DNA from: Ramazzottius varieornatus
Taxonomy: Eukaryota; Animalia; Tardigrada
Direction of reading: 5' to 3'
Assembly: GCA_001949185.1 (NCBI GenBank)
Contig: BDGG01000005.1
Coordinates: forward strand, 248,001-312,000
Length of the DNA stretch: 64,000 bases
A program made the translations under genes and the position numbers. The notes below the pieces were generated by a model, which made no database searches, was not told where the DNA came from, and saw nothing but the letters and a program-made list of their open reading frames with translations. This document shows, piece after piece, positions 34,957-47,049 of this stretch; the stretch's first letter is position 1, and each line of letters opens with the position of its first letter.

Positions 34957-37900
34957 ATGGCTGATCCGCAGTTGTATCACGCTTACGGCATCAGAAATGA
35001 CCTATCGGACATTCTTTTCTTCGTGGACGAAACCAATGTGGTTTATGCCGCTGGCGCCCATATTGTCCTCCATAATTGTGAATCAAATGCTCAAAAATTT
35101 ATTTCCCTACCCGAAAATGGAAACGTAAGTTCATGTCAACCAATTCTCCACTTCCACTGCGCCGTTTAGAACGAAATGAAAGTTGATATCCACCGTTGCA
35201 GAAGCTCACGGCAATGGCCATGGCTCGTGGGCAGTTCCTGGCCTACGCCGAAACCACCGATCCCTTCGCCACCATCGTTATATTTGACTTATCAAGCTTC
35301 CGGAAGAAGCGTACCTTGGTCACCAACGAGGTTGGCTCTCCCAAGTACACCGCCCTCGACTTCTCCGACTCCGGGAAGCAGATTGCCGGCCTAGGTGGCG
35401 CACCAGAGTTTAACCTCGTCTACTGGTGGTGGGAAAAACCCAAGGTAATTGGCCAAGCCAAGGTCGGCCAGGAAGCCAGAGTGGTCAAAGTCTGTCCCAG
35501 AGATGCCAACAGGATCGCCGTTTGTGGCACAGGGATGCTCAAGATATTCCGGGTGGACGAGAATCAGCTGAAGCTCGAACCAAAATCTGTGGCGAAAGTC
35601 AACGAATATTTCGACTTTGTTTCGTTGGCTTGGGTCAGCGAGTTTCGTATGCTGCTCGGCACATCTCAAGGCCAAGTCGTCATTTGGGAAGACGGTACTT
35701 TAATCTCGGACATTCTGGATCCCGGTGCATCGTTGTCTCTGTACTCCATGAAGGTAACAGCAGGTAATTAATCCGTCATGAAGTATCCTCAACCAACCAA
35801 AAGTTCTGACGCATGCTGCAAACTCGATCAGATTATTTTCCCAATTGGCGCACATTCTCCCGTGAAATTGGCCACAAGTTCGCTCCACTTGGAAAGACGA
35901 TCTGATTAAGGTCATTTGCCGGGCTCCCGCATACTATATTCTTGCGCGATCTTTCTGTTGGAGCTACATTGAACGGTTTCGTGTACGGACCCGTATTTGC
36001 TAACCTGCGGGAAATATTCTCAGGTTTTCAAGAAGGATGGAGCACCAAACGTGATCGACCATCTCATTCTCCACCCTCACGGTTTCCTTTGTTCCAGTTC
36101 GGCAGGAACTCTCAAATATTTTGAACTATCAAAAGACGGGGCTTACACTCACCAGAAAGACCTGAAGATCCTCATTGAAGACAAGGCCTTGGAGTACGGC
36201 ATTCTGGATGAGCAGCGTATCCTCGACCTGACCATCAGTCCTTCCGGGGAGACCGTCGCAGTGGCCACCGACAAGCGCCAAATATTCTCCGTCAAACTAC
36301 GAGAGCTCAAAAGAAGCAAAGATGACTACTACAAGATGAAGCCGCTTTGTTACCTGCTGCACAACAACCCAGTCCATGCCATCGACATCAGTGTCCGGAA
36401 ACCTCTCATCGTCACCTGTGCAGCAGACCGGACTATTCGCATATGGAATTTTTACAATCGCGGCTGCGAAATATGGAAAAAGTTCCCTGAAGAACCACAT
36501 TCGGTTGCGATCCATCCTAGTGGGTTTTATTTACTTGCTGGTTTCACGGACAAGCTGAAGATGATGCACATTTTGAATGATGATATCCGCACTGTTCGGG
36601 AACTCGCGATCCGAGGCTGTCGCGAAGTCAGGTTTTCTTATGGCGGCCATTTGTTCGCTGCAGCCAATGGATCCATTATCCAGGTGGGTAAGTGCCAAGC
36701 ACCCCTGCAAAAACAAACAAAGTATTGTAAGTCTACCTGATCATTTTTCTCAAGCATAAAATTCTACAGTAGTCCACGTCGGTAAATGCCTTTACCCGGA
36801 TTATCATCTCGAGTGGCGCACGCTTTCACTGATACTAATGAGAACGTTCGCCACTTGGGAAAAAATGTATGGGTGAATTATACCGGAGCTCCAGTTTCCG
36901 AACTAGTTTGCTCTTATTCATTCACAAAGAAAATTTCCTTGATATCCTTCCAGGTGTTTTCGACCATCCAATTCGACAACATCGTCAGTCTGAAAGGCCA
37001 TACTTCACGTATCCGCTGCATCGTCTGGACGAGAGACGACTTTCGGATATTTTCCTCCAGCCAAGATGGGTCCCTGTTCGAGTGGAACGTAACCCGTGGA
37101 GAGATCCTCCATGAGATCATCCTGCGTGGTACCATCTTCGTCTCGATAGCGCCAGCAGTCGACGGAGAAACCGCGTTGGCCGTAACAGCAGATGGAACGT
37201 TACGGGAGATCGTCACCGGCCAAACGAAACGGACCTTCACATGCCCTCTGGGAACCCTGACCCTCGTCAGTATATCGCAGTTCGGGAAGACTGCGCTGTT
37301 CGGGACTGTGGAAGGCAAACTCCTCCTACTTCCGTTTCCTATACCGGTACCGGATGAAGGAGAAAATTTGACATGGATCGACATACCGGCGCATCAGAAG
37401 GAAATCACGAAAGCCACTCTATCTCACGACGACCAGCTTCTCATCACCGCTAGTGCCGATGGGAACGTCTTCGTGTGGAAGGTGGGGGAAGGAGACTTGG
37501 CTAAGGTCCTACGACGAGATAAACCGTCGCCGTATGTCGACGAGATTCTAATTGAAAAGAAAGAACTGGAGCAACGCAATGTCCAGATTCTCGACTTAAC
37601 CACCAAGGCGGAAGAGATTCAGCTGGAGAACGAATATCAGAAACGCGCGAAAGATGCCATGTATAGTGAGAAGATCAAGGACCTCACCGATAGCTTTACG
37701 AAAGAAATCGACCTTTTGAAGGTAAGCGCTAGCCGCTCTGAACAACATCACCATGTACCTGCATACCCCTAACTACGAAACAGTCATGGGTCATTGCATG
37801 TAGGTGCGTGAGATATTTCAGCCTGGCTTGCCTGTTCTCATTTAGCCGGTTTTCAATGTCTTTTTCCCCAGACCAAAAACGAAAAGCAAGCACTAGAGAA

Positions 37901-40526
37901 AGATCAAGCAGAACAACAGCACCAACAGGAAATGACGCTGATGATCGCGAAGTTCAACCATGACCTACTTGAGCAGGAGCGAATAACGAACCAAAAACTG
38001 CTCCTTGAGTACGAAAAGTACGCCGAACTGATTATCGAGAAGGAGAAGCAAGAAACCGACTTCAAGGACCAAATACAGGAAGTAGCGGCCTCGAAAGAAG
38101 ATGCGATAGAGCGGTTGACTGTTCACTACGAAACGAAGATCGAGTCGCTTCACTCCATTCTCGACAAGACTCAGAGAGAGTTCGCCGATTACATGAAAGA
38201 GCATGACGAGCTACGGCACATGATTGAAGAGGATTCTGACATGGAAATCATCGATATACGAGCTCGGTATGAAACGGCCATCTTCGAGCTAAAAGAAAGC
38301 AATATGAAGCTGAAAGGAGAAAACGGTGTCATGAAGAAAAAGATCAACAATCTGTTAAAAGACATCGACGATCACAAGGCAGAAGTAATGAAGTTTCAGG
38401 CAGATTTAGCCAAACAGATGTCGGTCACGAAGGGACTCGAAAAAGAAATCGAGTCATGGAAGAAAGAACTGAAAGAGCGGGAAGAAAACGTACAGGAGAA
38501 AGAGAAGCGCATTCATGAACTCAAGAAGAAGAACCAGGAGCTGGAAAAGTTCAAGTTCGTTCTGGATTTCAAGATCAAAGAATTAAGGAAACAGATCGAA
38601 CCCAAGGATGACGAGATTACGGAGCAGAATAAAAAGATCAGAGAACTCGAGGAGCAAATTGAAAGCTTGGACATCAAGATCCTCGATCTGAAAAGCGAAA
38701 TGCGCACACTGAATACGACCCTGGAGTTCACTCGGCGCGAGCGGGATAAGGCTAATCAAGGAATGAAAGAGCGGGATGTCTTTATACGACGCTTTCAAGG
38801 TAAGATTGAAAGCTTCCTTGCAACATTTCCCGCTGTACAAAAATGAAATTATGGGAACCCGGCAAAAGAAACGTACAACACCGTTATATGTCAAGTGGCA
38901 CACTCGTCCAGCCAATAACGATGGGAACGTGCGCCACTGATCAATGGTCTTTTACGGTTTATTTGCAGACCTCCCAATTTGTATTCAAAACGATTCCTAT
39001 CTTTTGTTCCGTCAGGTGAGATGGAACTTGCCGTGCGGAATATCAGTGATGCCCAAAAGTTCCGCCATGGGTTCCTCGCCATCTACCAGAATTACATGGT
39101 ATCAAGTAGCGAACAGAGTGCTGCATCAATCTGCGATGGTTCTTCCGATCAGGAACGCGCCCTTGCCAATGAAAACCTTGAACTAAAGACAGCTGTCGCT
39201 GACGCAAAAGTACAATACCAGCGGAAGACCGACGTTCTCTCCCGGAAGTTATGGAATATGATGCAGCAGAACACAAACCTGATCGAAGAAATTAACATCT
39301 TCCGGCGTGAAATGACCGCTCTCCGCACCCGCCTCAACCTCCTCGACACCGCAGTGCAGGGTATCAACCCCAAGAGGAAGGACGAGTTCACGAAGATCCA
39401 AATGCTCCTCAAAGACGTCGAAGAAGCCAAGATGGCCGAATTGGAAAAGACCGGCGTCATTGACTTGTACCGGCACGAACTACGCCGGTTACACTTACTG
39501 CTCATCCTAATGCGGAAGGTTCTTCATAATGACACCGGACCAGGCGTACAAGAAGTCATATCCAAACTCCAAGAAGTGCAACTTCCTCCTTTGGTCGGAC
39601 AGTCTAAGATCGATCTGGTCTCCGACGTGGTGATCGGAAAAGTAACCCAAGCCATGACCAATCTCACACAGAAGTATCCAGGCACACATCGACCCGGAAC
39701 ACCTTACGGTCACAGAGCTCAGGTACCTCCGAAGGAAGCAGCCTTACCAGTCTTTCCTAAACCTGAAGGAGAAGCCCAAGTACCTCCCAAGCAGCTGCAG
39801 TTCCTGAAAAGTCTCATGAACATATCAGAACATCCTCCGCGCTCAAAATCTCAGCAGAAACTCGAGCCTCATTCTCGTCCTCCATCTGCAAAGACACCGT
39901 CACAGCAGCAGCAGCTGCAACAGGAAGCTCAGGAAGGGCTCTTGAACCATCCGACACCCTCCAAAATTCGCACACTTGATCACCATGGCCGTCCGCGTCC
40001 TGTAAAGGCAAAGTCAAAGTTGAATCAAGAGGAGCCGCCTGCGGTAAATGCAGGCGACGCTCCATCAACGCCGCCTGATTCGGCAGGCGTTGTGACGATA
40101 GTGGACACCGCAGAAGTGCCAGCATTGAGCCCTAGTCCCGAACCACCTGCACCTCCTCCCGAAGGACCGCAGGAAAACTTGCAGCCAGCTTCCGATGTGC
40201 TGGTACCGGACATGCCGCAAACACAATCACAGAATCCTGAAGAAGTAGCGACCAGTCCGGAGAGTCAGCCGCTGGCAGCACTCGAGACGGTTGCTCCCAG
40301 TGCGCAACGAGCAAATCTTCCCTTATCGGAGCAGCAGCCGCAGCAGTCCACAGTACCTGCTTTCGAAGTGCCTGCGTCGGAAGCTCCAGCATTGGATGCA
40401 CCTGTAGGGGACGTGCTGGTAGTTGAGACTCCGACATCAGGTATACCTGCACCGGCAGTTCCTGCGCTCGTTCCTCAGGAGCCTGTAACAGATGGACAAG
40501 TAAATCCGCCACAGTCGCCGTCATAG
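34957..40526 (+). CDS. CFAP57: Cilia- and flagella-associated protein 57 (WDR65) with Pro/Gln/Glu-rich C-terminal tail
   Basis: N-terminal WD40 repeats (SVAIHPSGFYLLAGFTDKLKMM, FSYGGHLFAAANG), long coiled coil with KKNQELEKFKFVLDFKIKELRKQIEP, and MMQQNTNLIEEIN. Confidence 0.93.
35818..35928. mobile_element. Palindromic MITE-like element, copy 4 (CFAP57 intron)
   Basis: aaactcgatcagatt..ccaattggcgcac-..attggcc..-ttcgctccacttggaaagacgatct..ttgccgggctccc. Confidence 0.75.
36790..36892. mobile_element. Palindromic MITE-like element, copy 5 (CFAP57 intron)
   Basis: cgagtggcgcacg-loop-cgttcgccacttggg..ccggagctcc. Confidence 0.7.
38853..38976. mobile_element. Palindromic MITE-like element, copy 6, apparently full length (CFAP57 intron)
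   Basis: gggaacccggcaaa..caagtggcacac-..cagccaat..-gtgcgccactg..tttgcagacctccc. Confidence 0.75.
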
Positions 40527-40873
40527 TTAAAGTTTGTCAAACGATGATGCCGGCCAATGGTTCTACGAGCTCCACGTAAATTTCTGATGTCAGCAGCGTA
40601 CCGTGGTTTTTAAATGTTTCGGTAGTCAAGAGTCCAGTTCAGGAGTATTACACATATCCATAGTCTTGAAGAAGTATCACAAAATCTGTTTCTCAGACTC
40701 AGAGGGTTGACCGTCGACCGACCTAACAACAGGATACAAACTCTCTGTCGTAGCTTCCGAGGAGGTACCGTATCCAGTCTGCTTGGTTCCCAGCCACCAG
40801 CCACCATTTCCTGTGAAGCTCTTGTACATATACCCCGACAATAGCGTCACAGCGAATCAATTATACAGTTTTA

Positions 40874-41419
40874 CTATGAGCGTGTTAAGCCAGAAGATTC
40901 AAGTAAGTGTTCCAAGGCATTCGTGTCCAGTCTTCCGGTTTCCCAGCCATCGTCGACGGTGAGATTGTCGAACCCAAGGCTCGAATAAAACATCTTCGCT
41001 GGATTGGTTTTTAGTACGCTAAGTCGCAACTGACATCCTCCGCTGTCAAGTGTACGTTTACTAACATGAGCCAGTAGTAACTTCCCAATTCCCAGCTTTC
41101 GATGGGCTGGCTTCACGTACAGGTCTTCCAGAAACATCCCTTTACCGCGCCACGTGGAATAAAACGGAAAGAATACCGCATAGCCGATAATTTTATCCGT
41201 TGTCCTGTCCACCGCCAAAAGAGTTTGAAACGAAGCTTGCTGGTTGTCGCCGAACCCGTCTCGACGAAGAATCTCCGCTGTGATCTGAGGAGCGTAGGGG
41301 TACCCTTGAAACGATGCCAGTTCCCGGATGAGGTCCATTATCGTATTACAATCATTCTCCGTTCCGGGTCTAATTAGGACATCCCGGATCTTCGTACTCT
41401 CTTCCCATGCACATGCCAT
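40874..41419 (-). CDS. GNAT acetyltransferase, SAT1/SAT2 (diamine/thialysine N-acetyltransferase) family, single coding exon
   Basis: IMDLIRELASFQ, LRRDGFG, FYSTWRGKGMFLEDLYVKPAHRKLGIG (acetyl-CoA motif RxxGxG), NPAKMFY..LG. Confidence 0.9.
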   Translation of the reverse strand: MACAWEESTKIRDVLIRPGTENDCNTIMDLIRELASFQGYPYAPQITAEILRRDGFGDNQQASFQTLLAVDRTTDKIIGYAVFFPFYSTWRGKGMFLEDLYVKPAHRKLGIGKLLLAHVSKRTLDSGGCQLRLSVLKTNPAKMFYSSLGFDNLTVDDGWETGRLDTNALEHLLESSGLTRS

Positions 41420-41756
41420 TACAGATCGTAAATCTGTTTATGCCGAAACTGAACCTTCTGTTACTGTTACTGTTATAGCTTGCAAGCTTTTGTGGTGTTT
41501 CGAATCGTTCGATCGGCGCCCAAAGTCCAGGTTGATAAGACTGCGGATTTGCGATAAGACACGCTCCTATGCTGTTCCACATAATTTCCGTCAATGACTC
41601 AATGGAACTGTGGAACCAATGGAACGTTACACTTGATTATTGATTCGACTGTTCACTCACTAAACTGTTTTGAGTTTTGGCTTTTGAGGAAAACTGATTC
41701 CGGAGCTTCGTCTATATTGCAGGATTCCTCTGTTACGTGGAAAGGGGAGGAAAACG

Positions 41757-42359
41757 ATGGACAGCGTTCCGGAGAACATCGGCGTTGCAGAGGTTCGTAG
41801 CCTGTTCAAGCAGCTGGAGAGAGAGGCAGAGGATGGCGAGCAGCAGCTGATCGACGCTGCACGGAGGATTGTCCTGGAGGAAGAATTCATCGATGCATTA
41901 ATGCTACGATGCGAGGAGCTGGATACGGACTTCCACCGCATCGGTTACTCAGCCAAGAGTGTGGAGGACAAAGCGGACACATTCCGAGGTCGACTCGAAG
42001 AAGTGTCGAATGAACTTGTGATGCTGGAATCGAACCTGCCTCTACTGACTAACCCGACCTCCTCAGACAAGAATTCCGTCGATGCTCAAGAAGTGTACCA
42101 GAAGCTGGAACTGCTATGCCAGCGTCATGCCTTTCTTGCAGATAGTTTTCGACATGTCGTAGGGCAAGCTGGCCTAAACGGCAGCACCGAGATGGATCTC
42201 AACGCTGAATCATCAAGCTCGTCCCAAACGGATCCTTCTGGAGCTGTTCCCTCTCGTCATGCCGTCAACGAAGCTCTGGTAAAGTTGTCGGAGGGCAAGA
42301 TTTTACAGGAACAGCTGGAGTGGCAGCTGTCGGACCTGCGAGAGAAACTGAGTAGCTAG
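41757..42359 (+). CDS. Nup62/Nsp1 C-terminal coiled-coil-like protein without FG domain (NUP62CL-like)
   Basis: 200-aa single-exon ORF. About 125 aa align without gaps, by eye, to the remembered Nup62 coiled coil (AEVRSLFKQLEREAEDGEQQLIDAARRI vs AQLESLINKWSLELEDQERHFLQQATQV). The ORF is solid; the family call is tentative. Confidence 0.6.
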   Translation: MDSVPENIGVAEVRSLFKQLEREAEDGEQQLIDAARRIVLEEEFIDALMLRCEELDTDFHRIGYSAKSVEDKADTFRGRLEEVSNELVMLESNLPLLTNPTSSDKNSVDAQEVYQKLELLCQRHAFLADSFRHVVGQAGLNGSTEMDLNAESSSSSQTDPSGAVPSRHAVNEALVKLSEGKILQEQLEWQLSDLREKLSS

Positions 42360-42736
42360 AAGTCTTTCAGTAAATTTTCTTGAGATTCGGGAGTGATTGT
42401 CTGGTTTACTGCTGTCTTCTACGTTCTCCAGTTCTCATTCGGTCAGCTCCTCCGTTTTTTGAATTATTATACGTCGGAGTTTCATTTCACAAAACGAAAC
42501 ACTAAACAAACATCCTGAACCGTCGCTTTAGCACAGAGAATGACTGTAAAATCAGTAGTAACTTCGATAAAACTCAAGAAGAATGTGTATTGTCAGAACA
42601 AAGCTCTTGGGGAAGCTGCCACACAACTAGGGAAGATTAGTTTGAGCAAGGCATATAATTCTGGACCACTCACACTTTTTGTCAAGACTAATGAGGAAGG
42701 CGACTTAAATTACACTTTCCTGCCGTAATTTTCAAA

Positions 42737-45448
42737 TCAGACGTTCTCGACATAGTCAGCCGGAAACAGGCCAACCTTCCCATCCTTTCGACCCTTACAC
42801 CACCCTTGCTCATCCTTTTCTGCAATCTTCTCAAACAAATCACCTAAAAAAAGCCAAGAACATGCTCTGAAGACAACGCTATAACCAGCTTTTAGTTCGG
42901 CAGGAAAGGTTCTCTAGCGCCACGTACCTTCTTTGAAGTTTAGTTCGTCCTCTTCCTCCCCACTGTATGAGTATAGTGCCCGTACTTTTACACCAGGTTT
43001 TGAATGCTCTGCTTGTGTGTCGGCCGTTTCGGAAAATTCTTCGTGGAATGGGTTATCAAGACTGAAATGAAAATCTTCAGTGTAAGCACACAAAAGAAAG
43101 AAAGCTGGGCATCCAGAAACACTTCCGGCTCCCAGTGGGCTTCGCGGTCGGGAAGCCAGCTCAAATTCTCAAAACTGCCTGTAAGTAAAATGTCGAAGCT
43201 GACCGTTTAAGATTTCACAGCGGCAAGGATTAAAACATGACACTTTGATTCTGGTAGGATAATCTAAGCGGTTTCATGGTCGGACCCATCCGAACCAAAT
43301 GGGTTAGTTTCCTCCTTGGCTTTCGGTTCCTCCTTGGCGTATACTTTCCGCACAGGAGGCACCGGCTTCGAGGCTTTCGGTGACAGCGGAGGATACCTAA
43401 ACAAAAGGAACGTCAACTCAACGAACATCAGTGCAGGAAAAGAAGGAGGACAGAAAATTTCGCTTACAGAGACTCTACTTCGCGTGGAGGAGGTGCTGGT
43501 GAAGAAGCTGTCGCTACAGGTGAAGGCTCGCGGACAGATGTCTCTCTTTCTTCAGTCCTTCCGTCTTCTTCATCAGACTCGAACGGATTGCTGGAGTTGA
43601 GCGATTCCCTAAACGTCCCCACAGTTGTCCAAAGCTCTGCCACTTACTACTAATCTTAAAGATAATACTCGCCATGCATACGACACAGGTTAGCCCACCG
43701 CAAGCCAAGCGTTGTTACTGGATGCCACAGCGTTATCACCAAACTTCATCCATTCATCACAAAAATTACGCAATGTTGTTACCTGGAGCTGGAATGTCGA
43801 ATACTCAGGTTGTCTCGACTAGCTGCCACCGGCTTTTGTGCATCACCGTTCACAGGTCTAGTAGTTGTCACCACGTTTTCCGTTCGATTGGAAAACGGCG
43901 TGACGGTGGTAGTAGTTGTTATTGTCACCGTCGAAGGTTCGTCGGTCTTCGGAGTCCATTTCTCTCGACTAATGGTCGAACCCGCACCGTCTCGGCGGAT
44001 CGTGAACTTGGACTTTTCGGTGATATCCCGGAGAGCAGGTGACCATTCCTGCAAAAGCAAGCACAAATTAGAGCACAGCTGATAACCGAAACGGAATGTC
44101 GGGCATTCTCAGACGGTTTCTCACCTCGAACTGCGGCCAGCTCATCGGCATGTCCACACCTCGTTGCATATCCCACCATTTCAAATCTGATCTGGCATCG
44201 GCGTTGTTGATGGTAGTTAAGTAATCGGCGCTAATCTGCTTCATGACGACGTCGTTTGATAAGTCCACGCTTTGATGCATAGCCAGCAATCTATCCTTGA
44301 AAAATTCTAAACGCTTATTCTCCATATCCTGACATCGCATGTACACCTGAAAGCGAATAACACTGTTATTAACAACCAAGAAACCAATATCGCTGCTAGA
44401 AGCTAACGGAAACTCAACGATCTGTCGAACCAACCTCTTTCATATCTTCCATATACCGCGCGTTATAAGCGTTCAAGTCTCTCAAGGCGTCTTCGTAGTT
44501 TCCACGAGCACTCTGCTTTTGAGCGGAGAGTTTGCTAAGCTCTTCTTCGATCTTCGCTCGCTGGAAAAATCGCAGTAATCATGAGTCCAGGCACCCATTA
44601 GTCAACTCCCGAACTCGCAAGGAGAACTAACAAGGAAACAAGGCTGCCGAACTTACCTGGTCGTCCGAAAAGTTCGAGTCGTTCTTGGCGTTATGTTGAC
44701 GGACTATGGCAGACTGTTCCTTCTGGCACAGGACATGGTACTCTTTCTTGCACTGCTCGACCACTTTGAGCTTCTTCGCCCACGGTTTTTGAGCCTGAAT
44801 TTCCACAAGTAAGTTACTACCTTCATTTTTGTACGACAAGAAAATTTCGTGCAGGATAATAAGCTTCATCAGTATAACTATGTACCTTCTTGAATTCTTC
44901 GTCCATTTCTTTCTTCTGCTTCAAAGTCAGGGACATCATGCTCTTATGATAGTTATCCTTCTGCCATCTCCTAACTTCGTTCTGGATCGCGGCTATTAGG
45001 TTATCCCGAACTCGTAGATGAACGTCGGCCTCTACCAGAGTAAACATTTGGGTGTGTCGACATTAGAGTAGAGTAACAGTATCTTTGAAAGGAGTGACTT
45101 TACCGCGATCGGCTGCAGTCAGATTTGCCTTCCATGCAGATTCCATCGATCCGTATTCCGGACCTGTTAACAGCAAATTAAACACGCGCAACAAATGAAG
45201 TGCAAAAATCCGATCTGCATGTCACACACGGCTATTTTACCTTTGTCAATATGTTTTCCCCACTTCTTGGCCCAACTCTTCATTGACGCCGCATAGTTTG
45301 CTTCGAGTTCGCATCGATCTTGCACCATTTCCACAAAGTCAGTGCATAACTGATTACCGTCCGTGATGCGCTTTGTCGTCTTCTTGTAGCCACCAGGTTC
45401 CCAAAAGCTCAGTCCTTCGATCTGATCGTCATCCAACTCGTCAGCCAT
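42737..45448 (-). CDS. PACSIN: PACSIN/syndapin (F-BAR, NPF motifs, SH3), multi-exon
   Basis: [32 protein letters not shown]...MSWPQFE, two NPF motifs, SH3 [31 protein letters not shown]. Confidence 0.95.
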
Positions 45449-47049
45449 GGCGAGGATCCTGTAACGAAACGGGGAAGATTTCTAAGTCGAAGTCAGACGC
45501 ATATAGTTTTGATGAACTCGCGCAACTCCTAACAACGTGACAATCAGTTCAAAGCAATTACAGAGCTACCATAAACATAAAAGCGCGCTGTTATCGCTCG
45601 AGTGTTATCGAGTCATTACAAACCTGCAAATATGTTGGGAGTGGACGACAAACAAAATCACAACGAGTATCGTCGCGTTGATGCTCCTCTATTCGAACTT
45701 CTGTAGAACAAAAGTACCGCAATTGATATTCACACTCATAAATCACGACGAAGTGCTCCTCTTCTGCATCTTCTTCTCGGGAAATGTCCAGCCTTACCTA
45801 AAGGGTTCCGCTGCTCCAGAAGTTCCGTCCCAGATCCAGCGAGCTTTAACGACGTTTCCTCGCTGCCCAGGTAGCTTTCCCAGCGGCCAGAGCGGTACGG
45901 TCGACTCCTATAATATCATAAGCAGGTTTGATAAACGCGTTATCAGTGTTATTATCGTCTGGAAGAACCTGTCGCCGTCGTCGTCATACTTTAAGGTAAA
46001 GGTAAGCGCTCCCCGACGAAGTCACGATCGCGAAAGTATCACACCCTGTGAGAACTGAAGAATGTTTACAAAATCAAAATGTGCCTCATATGAGTCACGC
46101 ATTCCGAAGTGACAGGTGACGCGCCCTGCCGAAACCCCTGACCAGGCTGCCATGGATGTACCGCCACAGTCCACACACCGGTGCAGTACCGGTACCAGAG
46201 TGATTTCCATCGGCTTGCCAAATTTCGCCCTGCGCAGTGCTGTTTGTCAAGCCGTTAATGTTTCCCACCGCTACAGCCCTGCCATCCTGCCTCTGACCGG
46301 GCCTTACCTCCTTCACGGGGCATCTTACGCCCGGTCTGGACCGGGCACCAAAGACTGTGACAGTACCCAGTTTTGGCGTACGCCGCAACGGCGAAGGTGC
46401 CACCTCGCGGACTGCAGCAGCTTCGAAGCTTTGTACGGCTCTCCCGGTCGAGGCCGATCCCGCATTACGGTGTACTCTGTGTGGTCTCAACTAGGGAATA
46501 AATCTGATAGCCTAATGAGAGATAGTTCCCATAGGTAGAAGCATGACAAATCCGGAGGAAGATACTTCGTACAATCGCGGTCTAATAGACGGAGTCGCGG
46601 AGAACCACCGACATTCTCGACTCGAGAAAACGCGCTCGGTATCAATGACTACTCGCAATCTGGTCAAAGAGTTTCATGGTATTTATGTAACCGAATTAGA
46701 TGAAATGAGGTAGTGAGAAACGGAAACCGTAATGGTGAATGAGCGGGCTCCAGCAGGGACGCCAAAAGCCTAAAGCTAATAAAGATTAACGACTAAAACT
46801 ACCACTTGGAGGAAAAACACGAACAGATGAAATCATTTCTAACTTATCTCTCCAAGACAGAGACAAAAGAAAAATGCACTAGAACGTTTCGGATCAGGTG
46901 TCCGAAATATGACAGTAGATATTCCCCAAGTGAAGCCCTAATCACCAAATACATCGGGAATTCGCGAGTCTTCTGCATCGAACGAGCTGAATTTGGACGA
47001 GGATATCTGAGATCTTTTCCAGCCATGACGAATACTTGTGAAAACATTC

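Noticed and set aside
25135-38976. Palindromic elements as Introner-type intron creators
   Set aside because: The elements sit inside introns with unrelated flanks and their ends do not consistently supply the splice sites.
40874-41419. Horizontal transfer of the intronless GNAT
   Set aside because: The motifs fit animal SAT1/SAT2 equally well; absence of introns alone is not evidence and a phylogeny would be needed.
45537-46058. 173-aa plus-strand ORF upstream of PACSIN
   Set aside because: Non-ATG start, no recognisable motif; probably antisense to PACSIN 5' non-coding sequence.
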